Part shown: positions 39,101 through 50,488 of the stretch, piece by piece
Layout of the letters: every line of letters starts with the position of its first letter
Position numbering within the stretch: position 1 is the first letter of the stretch
DNA from: the human T2T-CHM13v2.0 reference genome, Homo sapiens
Assembly: GCA_009914755.4 (NCBI GenBank)
Contig: CP086569.2
Coordinates: 8,896,001 to 8,960,000, forward strand
Reading direction: 5' to 3'
DNA: 64,000 bases
Notes under the pieces: model-generated
Databases searched by the model: none
What the model was told of the DNA's origin: nothing
What the model saw: the letters and a program-made list of their open reading frames with translations, nothing else
Program-made: the position numbers and the translations under genes

Positions 39101-42100
39101 CCCAAAAAAAGCATCAAATTTACATAAACATAATTATCTTAAAAGCCAGCATAATTTTAATTTTATTGTAGTCATTAGTTTCAGACATTGTTTATTTTGG
39201 AGAAGTGATTACAGAAACTACAAAAATCAAAGCCTGATGAGAACCTTTAAATTAACCACACTGCACAAGCCCAAAGCTGAAAAACTAAGGTGTTTCTGAT
39301 ATAATAGACCAAATTCTGCATTTCCTCTCTATTGGGCAGCGTAATATTGCACATATGAAAAAAAATGCAGTGTTAAATAAAAAGTAGTGGAATTAAGAGG
39401 AGTCATTGCTTAGTGAATTAAAACAACACACAAATTGAGAAGAAAAGACAGTGATAGAAAATATATTGTCTATTGATTTAATTCAGAATAATTTTCATTT
39501 TTGTCTATTAGCATTAAATAGTACCATTAACATAATATCATTTTGTATATTGTCTTCTAACATGTAAGTGGTTTTTATTTTGTATATTTGGAAACCTGAT
39601 CAAAGATTCTTTATACATTTTATTTTTTCCGAAATTTGCTACCTAATAGCTAGCTAAATGCTAGTTGCCTGAATGCCTCTCACTAAGTTGTTTGTCTTTT
39701 CCTAATACATTTAATATGAACTTGGTGTGTAGTTTGTTGGCATCTTTACTAAATCTACAGGTGTTGAAGTTGTTCAGATCTCAGTCATGGATCCTCTTGG
39801 GTTTTCTCAAGGCTAAAACACCCTTTCTATGCTGACCATTAAGAAATTCTCAACTTCAGGCCAGATCTTTGTTCTACCTTCAGACTTGGCATATCCAACT
39901 TCATGCCTTACATCTCCACATACCAAAACCAGACCTTCCTTTCATCCCCAAAACATGTTTCCTCCTACAGTATTCCACTATTTCAGAAATTCACAGCACC
40001 AAATACCCTGTATTTCAAGCTAGAAATGTAGAGGATGATTCTTCAGGCAGCCTTTTCTCAATGACTCTTCATCATTTACATCCAACTCTTCACAGGTTGT
40101 GTGTCCTCTCTGAGAATTACATAGTCTTAGTAAATGAAGAGTGGCCCGTAAGTAACCTTCAATCGTCCAGTTTTTTTTTCTTCAATTCACGCCAGTTTCT
40201 CTACAGAACAGCTGGAGCTCTGCAATGTCAATGTTGGAGTAAGTACCATTCTCTGCCAGTATTACCATTTTATTTATGATGAGATAAATTATCCTTAAAA
40301 ATGCCCACACAAATCTATACTAAGTAACACAATTAAATTATGTCTTTGTTTTACAGAAAAGTACAAGGCAAATAGAATCAATTGTTATTATATAATCTTT
40401 ATAACTACACACAAAGGTACTAGATATTTCAGACCCCACTTCATACATCTGAAATTTGACTCTCAAAGTCATTAACTCCTCTTAAAGTCTAATTTCAGAT
40501 TGCAAAACTACCTCTTTCCACAATATTGTGCTATCTGCCTTTAAGAACCAGCTGGGGAATCATTAAGAATAAAAAATATAATTTTCTTCAACATCTCCTA
40601 GCTGAGCCAAAATCTAAATTTTCTGTGGAGATGTTGGTGTGCACAATTTTGCCAAAACTTTTACAACTTTAACCACAGCCATGCTTCTGTGGCCTACCTG
40701 TTCATCCAATACCTGCACGCATGCTTTAACATAGAAAAATTTGAAAGTTAATACGAGTATTAACTCTTATCATTATAGACAATGACATCTGAAGACGCTT
40801 TCCAATCTTCCTTGAGTATATAATATCCAAAATGTCAGTACAGTCTCCAAAATGTCAATGTAATCTTAGTAGCAGTGGTTCATTACAGAAGATAATTTTG
40901 CCACAGTGGTCAAATATTTTTGTTAAATACTGCTATTTTATAGCCATACATAGCATTAACTGACCCATGTTGTATAGCTAGAAAAATGATCCTAAAGAAA
41001 ATGTTCAGACATAGGTTTCATATATTTTGCTAAATTGCAAACTAACAGGTTAATCGCTACCGTGAAGTGCTAGACAGTTGGAGTAGTATTTACCAAGAAT
41101 GAAAAAGAAGATAGGGCCATATGAATTGAGAAGGCTGCCGTTATGAAAAGATATCATATTTATTCCTGACTCCTGGCTTGATATTCTTTGTGTGGGGCTT
41201 ATTTTTTTTTATGGTTGTTGTTCTGTTTTTGGTTTTTTGTTGTTGTTTTACTTTCTCTTATGTGTCAGATCAGAGTTTCACAAACATCCTCAAATAATTA
41301 CATGGGTCATAAATAAAACATATACCCAGAAACTTATAGCTATTTTACTTCAAAATCCTGGTTCAATCACCTGGAATGAGACCTGGAGAACCAGTAATTC
41401 TCACAAGTATGCTAAGTGATTATTACCAAAATGACAATTGTGAAATATTTAGACAATCATCCAGGAGCTAGGTAATCAACATTTAATAATTGGTTCTTAC
41501 TGTAAGGGTAAAGGATTTTGTTGAAATGACTATTTAAATGCAAGTTTTATTAAAAAGATAGAAGTGAGCACTTCAGTGCTTTCTAATTAGTGTCTTTAAA
41601 GTATGTTTTGCTAAAATGGCAAAATAATTTTTTCATCTGAAGTTAGCATTATGGCCTCAAATGACTTCTGAGTTAGCTTTTGGAAAATCTTCAGATGATA
41701 AATTCTAAAAACTATCTTGGGTGTTTGTAAAACTTCAGAACATCACTAGGAAGAATATAAATAAAATTACCACTATGCAAAATAATCAAAATAACTCATA
41801 CAAATGTACAGGAAAAAATATATACAATCTAGCCCAGTAGAAGAAAGCAGTACAGGTAAATAATTAGATCCTTTTTAGAAAAGAGGAAAGTCAACTGACC
41901 AACGAAAAATGGCTAGATGCTTGAACTCATTAGTAATCTGGGGATATAAATCAAAACCACATTAGGTTCCAACTTTTGTTCATTAGCTTGTCAACTATTA
42001 AAATAATAATTACTGAGTGTAGTCAAGAATGTAAGGAATGATAATTTTTCCCATCAATCCACAGGACTATCTAATCATATTTAGTAAAATTAGGGTGACT

Positions 42101-43344
42101 AAAACCTTTATTGATCCAATGGAAACTTTTTTAGGATAAAAGAGTACGAACATATACAAAACCATTTATTATTTAATATATTATTTCCTTACAGGCAAAT
42201 TGTTTTTACTGTATGGTTGGATCTATAAAACAGTTACCTTCCAAATATTTTTGAAAATGAAATACCTTGAAAAATTTAAAACCACAATAGTATATCTTGA
42301 AGCAAAAGAGAAAAATAACTTCTTTAAATTTATTGTTTAAACATTAGAAATAGTAGGCAGAATAACGATTCTGAACATATTTATATGAATTAATGTGTTT
42401 CTTAACAATAATTATACATAGTTCTTTTCTAGAAAATGCATTTCTTTTAATGTTATATTGATTTTTAAATAAAGTTACTTGCAAGCTTTTCCAAAGTTGC
42501 TTCTTGTTGTCACCAATAAAAGTTATCACCAATGTTTAGCTTTTTAACTGAACATTAAAAATCATTTATCACACATTGTTCAATGTTTTATTTCTGGCAC
42601 AATAAATTTCAAAAGCTTTATTTTGTTTGCAATGATTGATTAAAAATTCAAACTGTTTTTTAATGTAATTTTCTATTTGAAACATCTAAATGGCATTATT
42701 CAATTCTTTTGGAATTTCTTCTGTAGCTAATGGAGCTAACATACTAACAATTACTGATGCATATTTCTTAAGTGCAGAAAAATTAGAATTAAAATGTACA
42801 CAATTGATTTTTTAAAATAGTAATATAATATAAATAAAAAGCCAGGCATCTCAGAATTATATGCTTAATTTTTCCAAATTCACACACTAAACCTGTGAAA
42901 ATGTCATCTTCAGGCATAGTTTTCTTAATGTAACTAATTATTATGTTATGAAATAGCAGCTGCTTTTTCCCCTCAGCCATCTGTATTCTGGATTTCAGGA
43001 TATCACTTTTAGCCTGTGATCCCAACATGGACTACATGGGATCACAGGCTACCCCATGGGTATCATGACTACCCCATGTGTTTACTGGCACTCTTTAACC
43101 CATAATTTGATTGAACGGGAAACTGAGTAGTTTTCAATTAAGTACCTACTTGCATTTTTAGGCCATTGCTGATGAAACAGATTTTTTTAAATAGTCATTA
43201 GCAAATAGCCCATAAATAGGTAGTTATAAGAATATAACAGATGACAAAACGACTGTGGCCAGACAAATCAACTACTGTCTGTCACCTAAGCTTCTATTTC
43301 CAACACATAATTTACATATATCTAGCCTATTATTTCCTTCCTTT

Positions 43345-43700
43345 TCCCCAGACCTACCATTTCCACAAGGGGCAAATAAGAAAAAGAATTTAACACCCCC
43401 CATATAAAGTACAAACAGTAATCTGAAAAGAACCACAAGGGAAAAAAATTCAAAATTTACAACTATCTACCCTAAAAGAAGCTGAAAGTCCCTCAAAAAC
43501 TTTCTAGAGGCCATGTCCTTCTATTACAAAAATGATCATAAGAACTGCAGGAGTAGAAGAATAAAAATGCATCTTAAAACTTGCTAAACACTTCAAGTCT
43601 CCCATAAGAATTGTAATGGAAAATGGATCAGTCAGCAGTTTTTTCCATACAATTATGAACGAATTATATTTCCTCATACACAGATTTGTTTTTTCAATAT
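43345..43700. repeat. Left edge of an approximately 20.3 kb duplicated unit, matching 63635-64000
   Basis: ttccacaagg...aatttaacacccccc...aatttacaactatctaccctaaaagaagctgaaagtccctcaaaaactttctagaggccatgtccttctattacaaaaatgatcataagaactg...cttcaagtctcccataagaattgtaatggaaaatggatcagtcagcagttttttccatacaattatgaac recurs near-identically at 63655 onward. The offset is about 20,290 bp. Confidence 0.85.
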
Positions 43701-44269
43701 TCTAAGGAATTAACTTTTATACTAATAGTAGGTGATGTAAGAAAGCAGGCCTTTATCAAGATAACTGACACTGGATGTCCATACCATTACTCAGGTGGGC
43801 CTTAATTCCCAGCCGGGTTCCCTCCCTGGACACACACTGAAGGTCCCCAGCCATTTGGCAATCTCTTCACATTCCCAGCCCTGGAGGTAGCCCTAAAATA
43901 CATGTACCTGAAGAAAATAAAACATTGCCTCACACTGGAGCCCAGTGTGGTCCTCCAGATTCCGTGTGAGGTGGACTAACTTATATGGGAAGGCAGGGCA
44001 GCGGGAGTGAGGATGGCAGAGAGGATTACACATGTCAAGGCAGCCGGGGTCATGGAAACAAAACATGACTGGCCTGGGAGAAACACTGTGAAAGGACACA
44101 GACCTAGGTGGGCCTCAGGTGGACATCCTCGTGGAGAAAAAGGGGGCCCTGGTTGATCTCAAAATGAGCCCCAGGTGGTAGCAGGTCTTACCGCAGGGCA
44201 GGGAGCTGGCGAATGATAATGAGACAGCTATCCCTTTAGCCCTGCTTGTCACCCACTGACTTTAGCCAC

Positions 44270-47050
44270 ATATGCATCATAGTGGCTTAAGGGGCCCCGA
44301 TCGTGAAATGTGGGTGTTACATGTCCCTGATGGGTCTCTCTCCCCCAACCCATGGATTGTCTGGGATTGCTCACTGCAGTCTCCTCCAGGATCCTTGGGT
44401 TCTCCATGTGTGGCCCAGATCCAGGTCAAAAGGCCTCTCAGTTCCCAGCGCTTCCCAGCCCTGGGCTGCTCGACTGGCCTCCTCTCTGTTACGCCTCTAA
44501 GGCTGACCCTGTCCCCATGGGATAGAAATGCAATGGATTGAGCCATAGGCCCTGGCTCATGATCTAGGGGACTGCAGAAGTGGGTCCAGGACAGTTCAGG
44601 TGACAGTTTAAAGCCAATTCCCCAGAGACCAAGGAATGACCAGCTAGGTCCTTTCCCATGATGCCCCACGGCAAACACCACCTCCGAACTCGTGCCAAAA
44701 CCCAGGCAGTCATGTTCAGCCAAACAGCTGAATAAGCTCAGGTAGGAGGTGTACTGCCTGCAGCTGGAGGCTTAACCTTCGTGAACCCAGAACCGCTGGA
44801 CTGCAGTGGAATGAGACACCCTGTAGCCTGCAGGGAGAGGAGTCAGGAAGGTTCATGCCAGTTCCACCCTCCCACACACCAGCTCTCCTACCATGCTGGG
44901 AGGCATTCCTTACCGAGGATGCCAACACAGTGCTCCTTCATGATGATTTCACTGTGGAAATAAAGGTTGGGATGAAAGGAAATCATCCTGCCACCGGTAA
45001 CCGGGATGGCTGTGTTCCTCCACCTGCCGGATCAAGGAGAAAGAGGATGGATTCAATGGGACCATCTCAACTAGCTGGGCTGAGGTGGCCTACTTGCTGT
45101 AGTGAGCCATGAGTTTCCCTTTCCCAGCTCTGCCACTGAGACGACCCTGGTCCCAGGGGGACCTCAAACTGACTCAGACACTGGACTCCTCCCACAGACC
45201 CAGGCTCCCCAGCCTGACCTGCAAATCCATCACGTAGCAAAGCAGGACTTCCGCATGCTTTCTGACCCACGCCGACATCTCGTGTGCCAAACAATCTACC
45301 TCTGCGCAAGAACTCTCCAGAGGATTGGGTGGGCAAGCCTCGTGACGCCTTGCAATTTCGCAAGAACACAGACAATGTGGAACAGGGCCATCTCCCAGAC
45401 ATTTGGCCAGTCACCCTTCATTGTTGGCCCTCTATCTCTGTCTGGGGAGGAGGCAACGCCACAACTGTGGTGGTTTTTGGAGTGGGTGGACCCCGGCCAA
45501 GACGGCCTGGGCTGACCAGAGACCGGAGGCAGAAAAAGTGGGCAGGTGGTTGCAGCTGAGGGACGGGAGGGGCGGGGGGTGGTGTGAGGCGGCTGCTTCT
45601 CTGGGTTTCTGAGATGCAGGAGGCCTTTGTGTGCTGGGTGCTGGACATGCTCCGCTGATGTCCGGGTGTGTGGTGTCCTCTTATCCTAGTCTCCCTGAGG
45701 GGTGGGCCTGTCCACCTGAGGGAAGCCTTGTAGTTAGAAGCCACAGCAGGGTCGTGCCTGGCGCTCTCCAAGGGAATTGCGTGGGTCCAGAGGAAGTTAT
45801 ACAGGCTCAGGGCCTACACCCCTTTGAGTGCAGCGCCTGCAGTTGGAAGAATGCGCATCTGCGGAGCTGGTGCCCGCCGTCAGGTGGTCGGCAGCCCCAT
45901 GCGCCGCGAACCCGTCTTAAGCACCTTGTGTTTCTGGGGTGAGCCTGCTGGAAACAGGCACCGAGAGCAGGGGTGGTTCAATGGCTGGTAATGGCATACA
46001 GATTCCCCGTCCTCCAGGGACGTTCCCAGGGAAACGTGTCCTTCGAATTTGGGCTGTGCGCAAAGGGACCTTGGCGCCGCGATTCTCCCTTGTCAGTGCT
46101 GGCCCTGGCTCCCCTTCCCTACCACGTGCTCCCAGGGCTGCTACAAGCGAGCTGCCCTCACAGCTGCGGGAACGTGGCCTCGGCTCCCACGCTGTCCCCC
46201 ATCCCCTGCCTCCTGGCTGACCCCACGCGCCTCCCACCTGGCTCCTCCCCCCAAACAGCCCCCATACCCCGCGAGGCCCGATGACTATCCCCTGCTGCCC
46301 GCCATCCCAAATCGGCAGCCGCAAGGATATGGCTCTGGCTCACAAGGCGGAGATGCTCTGTGGCCTGGGGCATTCACGGAGCCCAGCTCCAAGTGAAGGA
46401 CCTCCAGCGAGTCCATTGACGGCCCCGGTGTGCTCGGTCCAGGGCCAGGCTGTGCCCGCTGGCCCTCCTTCTGCCACCCCACGTCGGGCTCCACCTCAAC
46501 CACCACCTCCACCTCAGCCATGATGTCTTCCACCTTCAGCACCGCCTCCTCTTCCAAGGCCGCCTCCTTGCTCTGTACCCCGGCCGTCCTCTCCAGCATT
46601 GCCTCCAGCCTGAACACGGTTTTCTCCTGGGTGCTCCCACAGACCCTGGGCCTGCGCAGCCCAGCCCAGCCCAGCCCATGCCCCGCACCCGTAGGCTCTG
46701 GGGGCCCGCTCCCCAGCAGACCCGCTCCCTGCAAGACCCACGGGCGTCGCCCTGCTGAGAAACTGGTCCCACACCTACGTGGACCCAGGTTTCCTGAGGA
46801 GCTCCGCTGGACCCGCAGATCCCGCACTGGCCAAAGGGCTCCGGTCCCCAGCAGGCTCAACTGCGCACAGGAGCTCGGGAGCCAGAGGCCCCGGCCCTGG
46901 GCTTGCAGAGCCCCACCAACAGGCACCGCAACCGCTGCTGCGGGTGCGGGAGCCTCTGGGTCGTCAAGGCAGCGCACAACAGCGTGCGCGCAGGCCGACA
47001 ATGGCCAACCCTGGCGGCTGGCCTCTGGTGTGCCCAGGGCATAGGACAAG
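44270..47050 (-). pseudogene. TSPY-like unprocessed pseudogene, copy C, inverted and head-to-head with the TSPY gene; its exon-1-like region keeps a long open frame
   Basis: The minus-strand exon-1-like segment at 46285-47049 gives ...[96 protein letters not shown]. Compare [102 protein letters not shown]. There is no ATG at the homologous start; the frame opens at TTG. The exon-3-like segment near 44930-45005 gives MISFHPNLYFHSEIIMKEHCVGILG. Exon-2-, 4- and 5-like segments lie at 44580-45330. Confidence 0.75.
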
Positions 47051-47672
47051 AGGCCCTTTGGAATGCTCCTTGGAGTACAGCATCCTCAGGGAGGAAGCAT
47101 GGTACTCGGAGCCTCTATTTGCCTCGACCTGTGAGAGTGTGTGCCGGGGCTCTGGCCTCTACAGCAGATCAATTCCACCTCAGCACCGGCAGGCGACTTT
47201 CCTCCCACGTGCCCGCCCCGATCACTTCCCCCAGGACACCCCTGCCGCCCTAGCCCCAGCAACCAGAGAGAGTTCTCTGCATCTGCTGTATTACCTCCGT
47301 ACCATCTACCTGGCCTGCCTAACGAAGAGAGATGTTTCCTGTGTTCATGACACATAGAGATGTTCATGGCTTGCCACACTGAGGATGTCAGGGCACAGGG
47401 CTGCCATGCCCACAATTCCAAAGGCCACGCAGCCCGCGTGTGCCCGGATGCCTAGCTACCCGGCACAAGCTCCAAGGGCTTCTCGGAGGAGGCTTGGGCA
47501 GGGAAGGCGGGGGGTGGGGGGGCTGGAGATGCAGGCCCGCCAGTGGCTGTGCCGCCCAGGGAGACGCCCACCGCCCTCCCATTGACTGGCCACGACGGGA
47601 GGAAGTCGGCCTGGGTGCGGCCCCCCGGCCCTTCGCGCGCAGTCCCTTAGGGGGCGCCTGGAAGCCCGGCGC
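47050..47672. promoter_or_regulatory. CpG-rich intergenic spacer between divergent TSPY-like copy C and TSPY, with a candidate bidirectional promoter (TSPY 5' flank)
   Basis: It is CpG dense (gcccgcgtgtgcccgg, ccttcgcgcgcagtcc, cccggcgcatgcgcc) and lies immediately upstream of the TSPY ATG at 47673. 47050-47450 is homologous in inverted orientation to the 5' flank of copy B. Confidence 0.55.
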
Positions 47673-48158
47673 ATGCGCCCTGAGGGCTCGCTGACCTACT
47701 GGGTGCCAGAGAGGCTGCGGCAGGGTTTCTGTGGCGTGGGTCGGGCAGCACAGGCCTTGGTGTGTGCGAGTGCCAAGGAGGGCACCGCCTTCAGGATGGA
47801 GGCTGTACAGGAGGGGGCGGCCGGGGTGGAGAGTGAGCAGGCGGCTTTGGGGGAGGAGGCGGTGCTGCTGTTGGATGACATAATGGCGGAGGTGGAGGTG
47901 GTGGCGGAGGAGGAGGGCCTCGTGGAGCGGCGGGAGGAGGCCCAGCGGGCACAGCAGGCTGTGCCTGGCCCTGGGCCCATGACCCCAGAGTCTGCACTGG
48001 AGGAGCTGCTGGCCGTTCAGGTGGAGCTGGAGCCGGTTAATGCCCAAGCCAGGAAGGCCTTTTCTCGGCAGCGGGAAAAGATGGAGCGGAGGCGCAAGCC
48101 CCACCTAGACCGCAGAGGCGCCGTCATCCAGAGCGTCCCTGGCTTCTGGGCCAATGTT
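47673..48158 (+). CDS. TSPY: TSPY (testis-specific protein Y-encoded) exon 1 coding part
   Basis: ATG at 47673. It translates to [162 protein letters not shown] (162 aa), with a gtatcc donor. Confidence 0.9.
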
Positions 48159-48765
48159 GTATCCTTCTCAGTGTTTCTTCGGCCTTTCTAGTGGAGAGGT
48201 GCTCTCGGGGAAGTGTAAGTGACCGATGGGCAGCTCGGCGTCGATGTGACTCTTTGGGGAACAAAGGGGAGTTGCCACGGACCAATGTGGCTGTGGAAAG
48301 CCGGAGCAGGCGTGGGTACTATTGTCCTGCATGCGGCAGAGAAACCCTTGGTGATGCCGAGCAGCAGACGTTTGGGGCATCTTTTTGAAGAGCAGAAGCG
48401 AGTTCAGAGCGGAAGAGGTTTTTCAGTGAATGAAGCTATTTTTAAGGGAGTGTGATTGCTGCCCCTTGCTAGTCCGATCTGGGACTGGGCGTCTTCGGCT
48501 ATAAGCAGATTCTGCCACTCCTCAGACACCAGCAAGTCTCTGCAAATCGCGCCTCCCCATGTCAGTGCAGTCAGCCTCAGAATCATACACCCTCTGTGAA
48601 CACAGGAGGCCTTAGTTTACGGGGACGGGGAGGCGAAAGGAGATCATACATGGAAGCAGATCTGAGAAATCCCCTACCCCAGCCTCTGGGTGCTCTTAGG
48701 CCTTCTTCCCTGTTGCTCCTCGCTTTCCCTTCCATCGTGTGTAAAGTCTCTTTGACCTAAATCAG

Positions 48766-48843
48766 ATTGCAAACCACCCCCAGATGTCAGCCCTGATCAC
48801 TGACGAAGATGAAGACATGCTGAGCTACATGGTCAGCCTGGAG
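48766..48843 (+). CDS. TSPY: TSPY exon 2
   Basis: tcag acceptor. It translates to [26 protein letters not shown], with a gtgagg donor. Confidence 0.9.
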
Positions 48844-48971
48844 GTGAGGCCAGGAAGACTGGGGCTGGAGGGTTTAGCGGGGGAGGGTAAGGGAAATAAT
48901 TCATTCCTGTAAGCAAGAGTGAGCACCTCACCCGAAAACCTATCTAAGCTTTCTCCACCTTGTCCTGACAG

Positions 48972-49083
48972 GTGGAAGAAGAGAAGCATCCTGTTCATCT
49001 CTGCAAGATCATGTTGTTCTTTCGGAGTAACCCCTACTTCCAGAATAAAGTGATTACCAAGGAATATCTGGTGAACATCACAG
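48972..49083 (+). CDS. TSPY: TSPY exon 3
   Basis: acag acceptor. It translates to [37 protein letters not shown] plus 1 nt, with a gtgaca donor. Confidence 0.9.
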
Positions 49084-49184
49084 GTGACAGGTGGCTCCCA
49101 GGATGGGTAGTGGAAGGAAGATGGTGGGTGGATCATTGCCAACGGGATCCAGCCCCCTTCCCACAAAAACTCCTGTCTCTGTAG

Positions 49185-49330
49185 AATACAGGGCTTCTCA
49201 TTCCACTCCAATTGAGTGGTATCCGGATTATGAAGTGGAGGCCTATCGCCGCAGACACCACAACAGCAGCCTTAACTTCTTCAACTGGTTCTCTGACCAC
49301 AACTTCGCAGGATCTAACAAGATTGCTGAG
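49185..49330 (+). CDS. TSPY: TSPY exon 4
   Basis: gtag acceptor. It translates to [49 protein letters not shown], with a gtgagt donor. Confidence 0.9.
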
Positions 49331-49436
49331 GTGAGTCCTCACTGGGAAACATGAGGAATGACCCCGTGTGTTCCCAGCTGCTTGGGTCACCTTTCTGAGC
49401 CCTGATGAGGCCTTTCCCGATTGAGTCCCCTGACAG

Positions 49437-49518
49437 ATCCTATGTAAGGACCTGTGGCGCAATCCCCTGCAATACTACAAGAGGATGAAGCCACCTGAAG
49501 AGGGAACAGAGACGTCAG
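49437..49518 (+). CDS. TSPY: TSPY exon 5
   Basis: acag acceptor. It translates to [27 protein letters not shown] plus 1 nt, with a gtgagc donor. Confidence 0.9.
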
Positions 49519-50212
49519 GTGAGCCGTTAGTTGGCACTGGAGCTGTTTGATGCCCAGTATAAGGGGGTTGACACACCTGCCTATTCAGGGAGCCTGGGTG
49601 CTCATTTCAGAAATGTAGAAATTGAGGCTCCTTTCGTACATGTAGAAATTCCTTGAGAGGAAGACAGAGAGTGACAGAATCCAGGACGTTCATGGCATTG
49701 GGCTGAAAAGGCACGTTAGAGACTGCACTGCAAAGCGGGTGATAGCTGTGGAGTCTTAAGCCCAGTGAAGAATCGTCCATTTCCAGAATCAATGAGAAGT
49801 AAAGCTGAAAATCATTCAGTTCAGTCTGTGGCACTTGATTCCACGGCTGTCAACCCCACCGGCAGTCATCCCACCAACCCCATGAGATTGGGCTCCCTGA
49901 ATGTGCGTCCTGGTCATCCTTGCCCCAAACCACAAAGGACTGTTTAGATTGATGGATTTCCTTAAGCTGTTGCCCCATCAGACTTGTGTGTGCTTTTAGG
50001 GCCCAGTGCATCTTGTTAGCTGACTCCCCTCACAGACAATACTGGGAATGGGGCAGGGATTGCGCAGAACAGTTTGTAACACGTGGTAGGAGGAAGTTTA
50101 AGGGATCACAAATGGGGAAGGGATATCCTTTTCTCAGCGGGCCCCACAATTGAAACATTTCAAAGTATGGCTCAGAGAAAATGCGTTTTAACATGAGTTT
50201 GTGTTTCTCTAG

Positions 50213-50235
50213 GGGACTCCCAGTTGTTGAGTTGA
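50213..50235 (+). CDS. TSPY: TSPY exon 6 coding part (GDSQLLS, stop TGA at 50233-50235)
   Basis: tctctag acceptor. It translates to GDSQLLS*. The total CDS is 927 nt, giving 308 aa. Confidence 0.9.
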
Positions 50236-50405
50236 ATATGATGGAGCATCAGATTTTACCTAATACAGCAGAACTCCTAAAAAGTTACAGCCATATGCAG
50301 GACGGCAGTACTCAGCATGGTCTTATGCACAGGAACTAAAGGAAAAAGAGATCGAGTCACAAAAATTCAGGAAGAGGGGGTAAATGTGGATTGTATGGAA
50401 TGAAA

Positions 50406-50411
50406 AATAAA
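50406..50411 (+). promoter_or_regulatory. TSPY: Candidate polyadenylation signal AATAAA for TSPY, about 170 nt after the stop
   Basis: gaaaaataaacattctc. Confidence 0.5.
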
Positions 50412-50432
50412 CATTCTCAAGGATGTGTGACT

Positions 50433-50488
50433 CTGTGTCTGTGTGTGTGTGTGTGTCTTTGTGTTTGTGTGTGTGTGTGTGTGTATGT
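50433..50488. repeat. (GT)n microsatellite
   Basis: gtgtctgtgtgtgtgtgtgtgtctttgtgtttgtgtgtgtgtgtgtgtgt. Confidence 0.9.

Noticed and set aside
46285-47049. Calling copy C's 254-codon open frame a functional TSPY paralog
   Set aside because: No ATG exists at the homologous start (the frame opens with TTG). The downstream exon-like blocks are decayed, and the sequence is about 50 percent diverged from TSPY. It is reported as a pseudogene with a residual ORF.
47388-48104. 238-aa minus-strand ORF antisense to TSPY exon 1, and the 204-aa plus-strand ORF 46430-47044 antisense to copy C
   Set aside because: These are antisense reads of very GC-rich, repeat-like exon-1 sequence (runs of P, A, R, G). 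There are no stop codons simply because of composition. No independent coding evidence exists.
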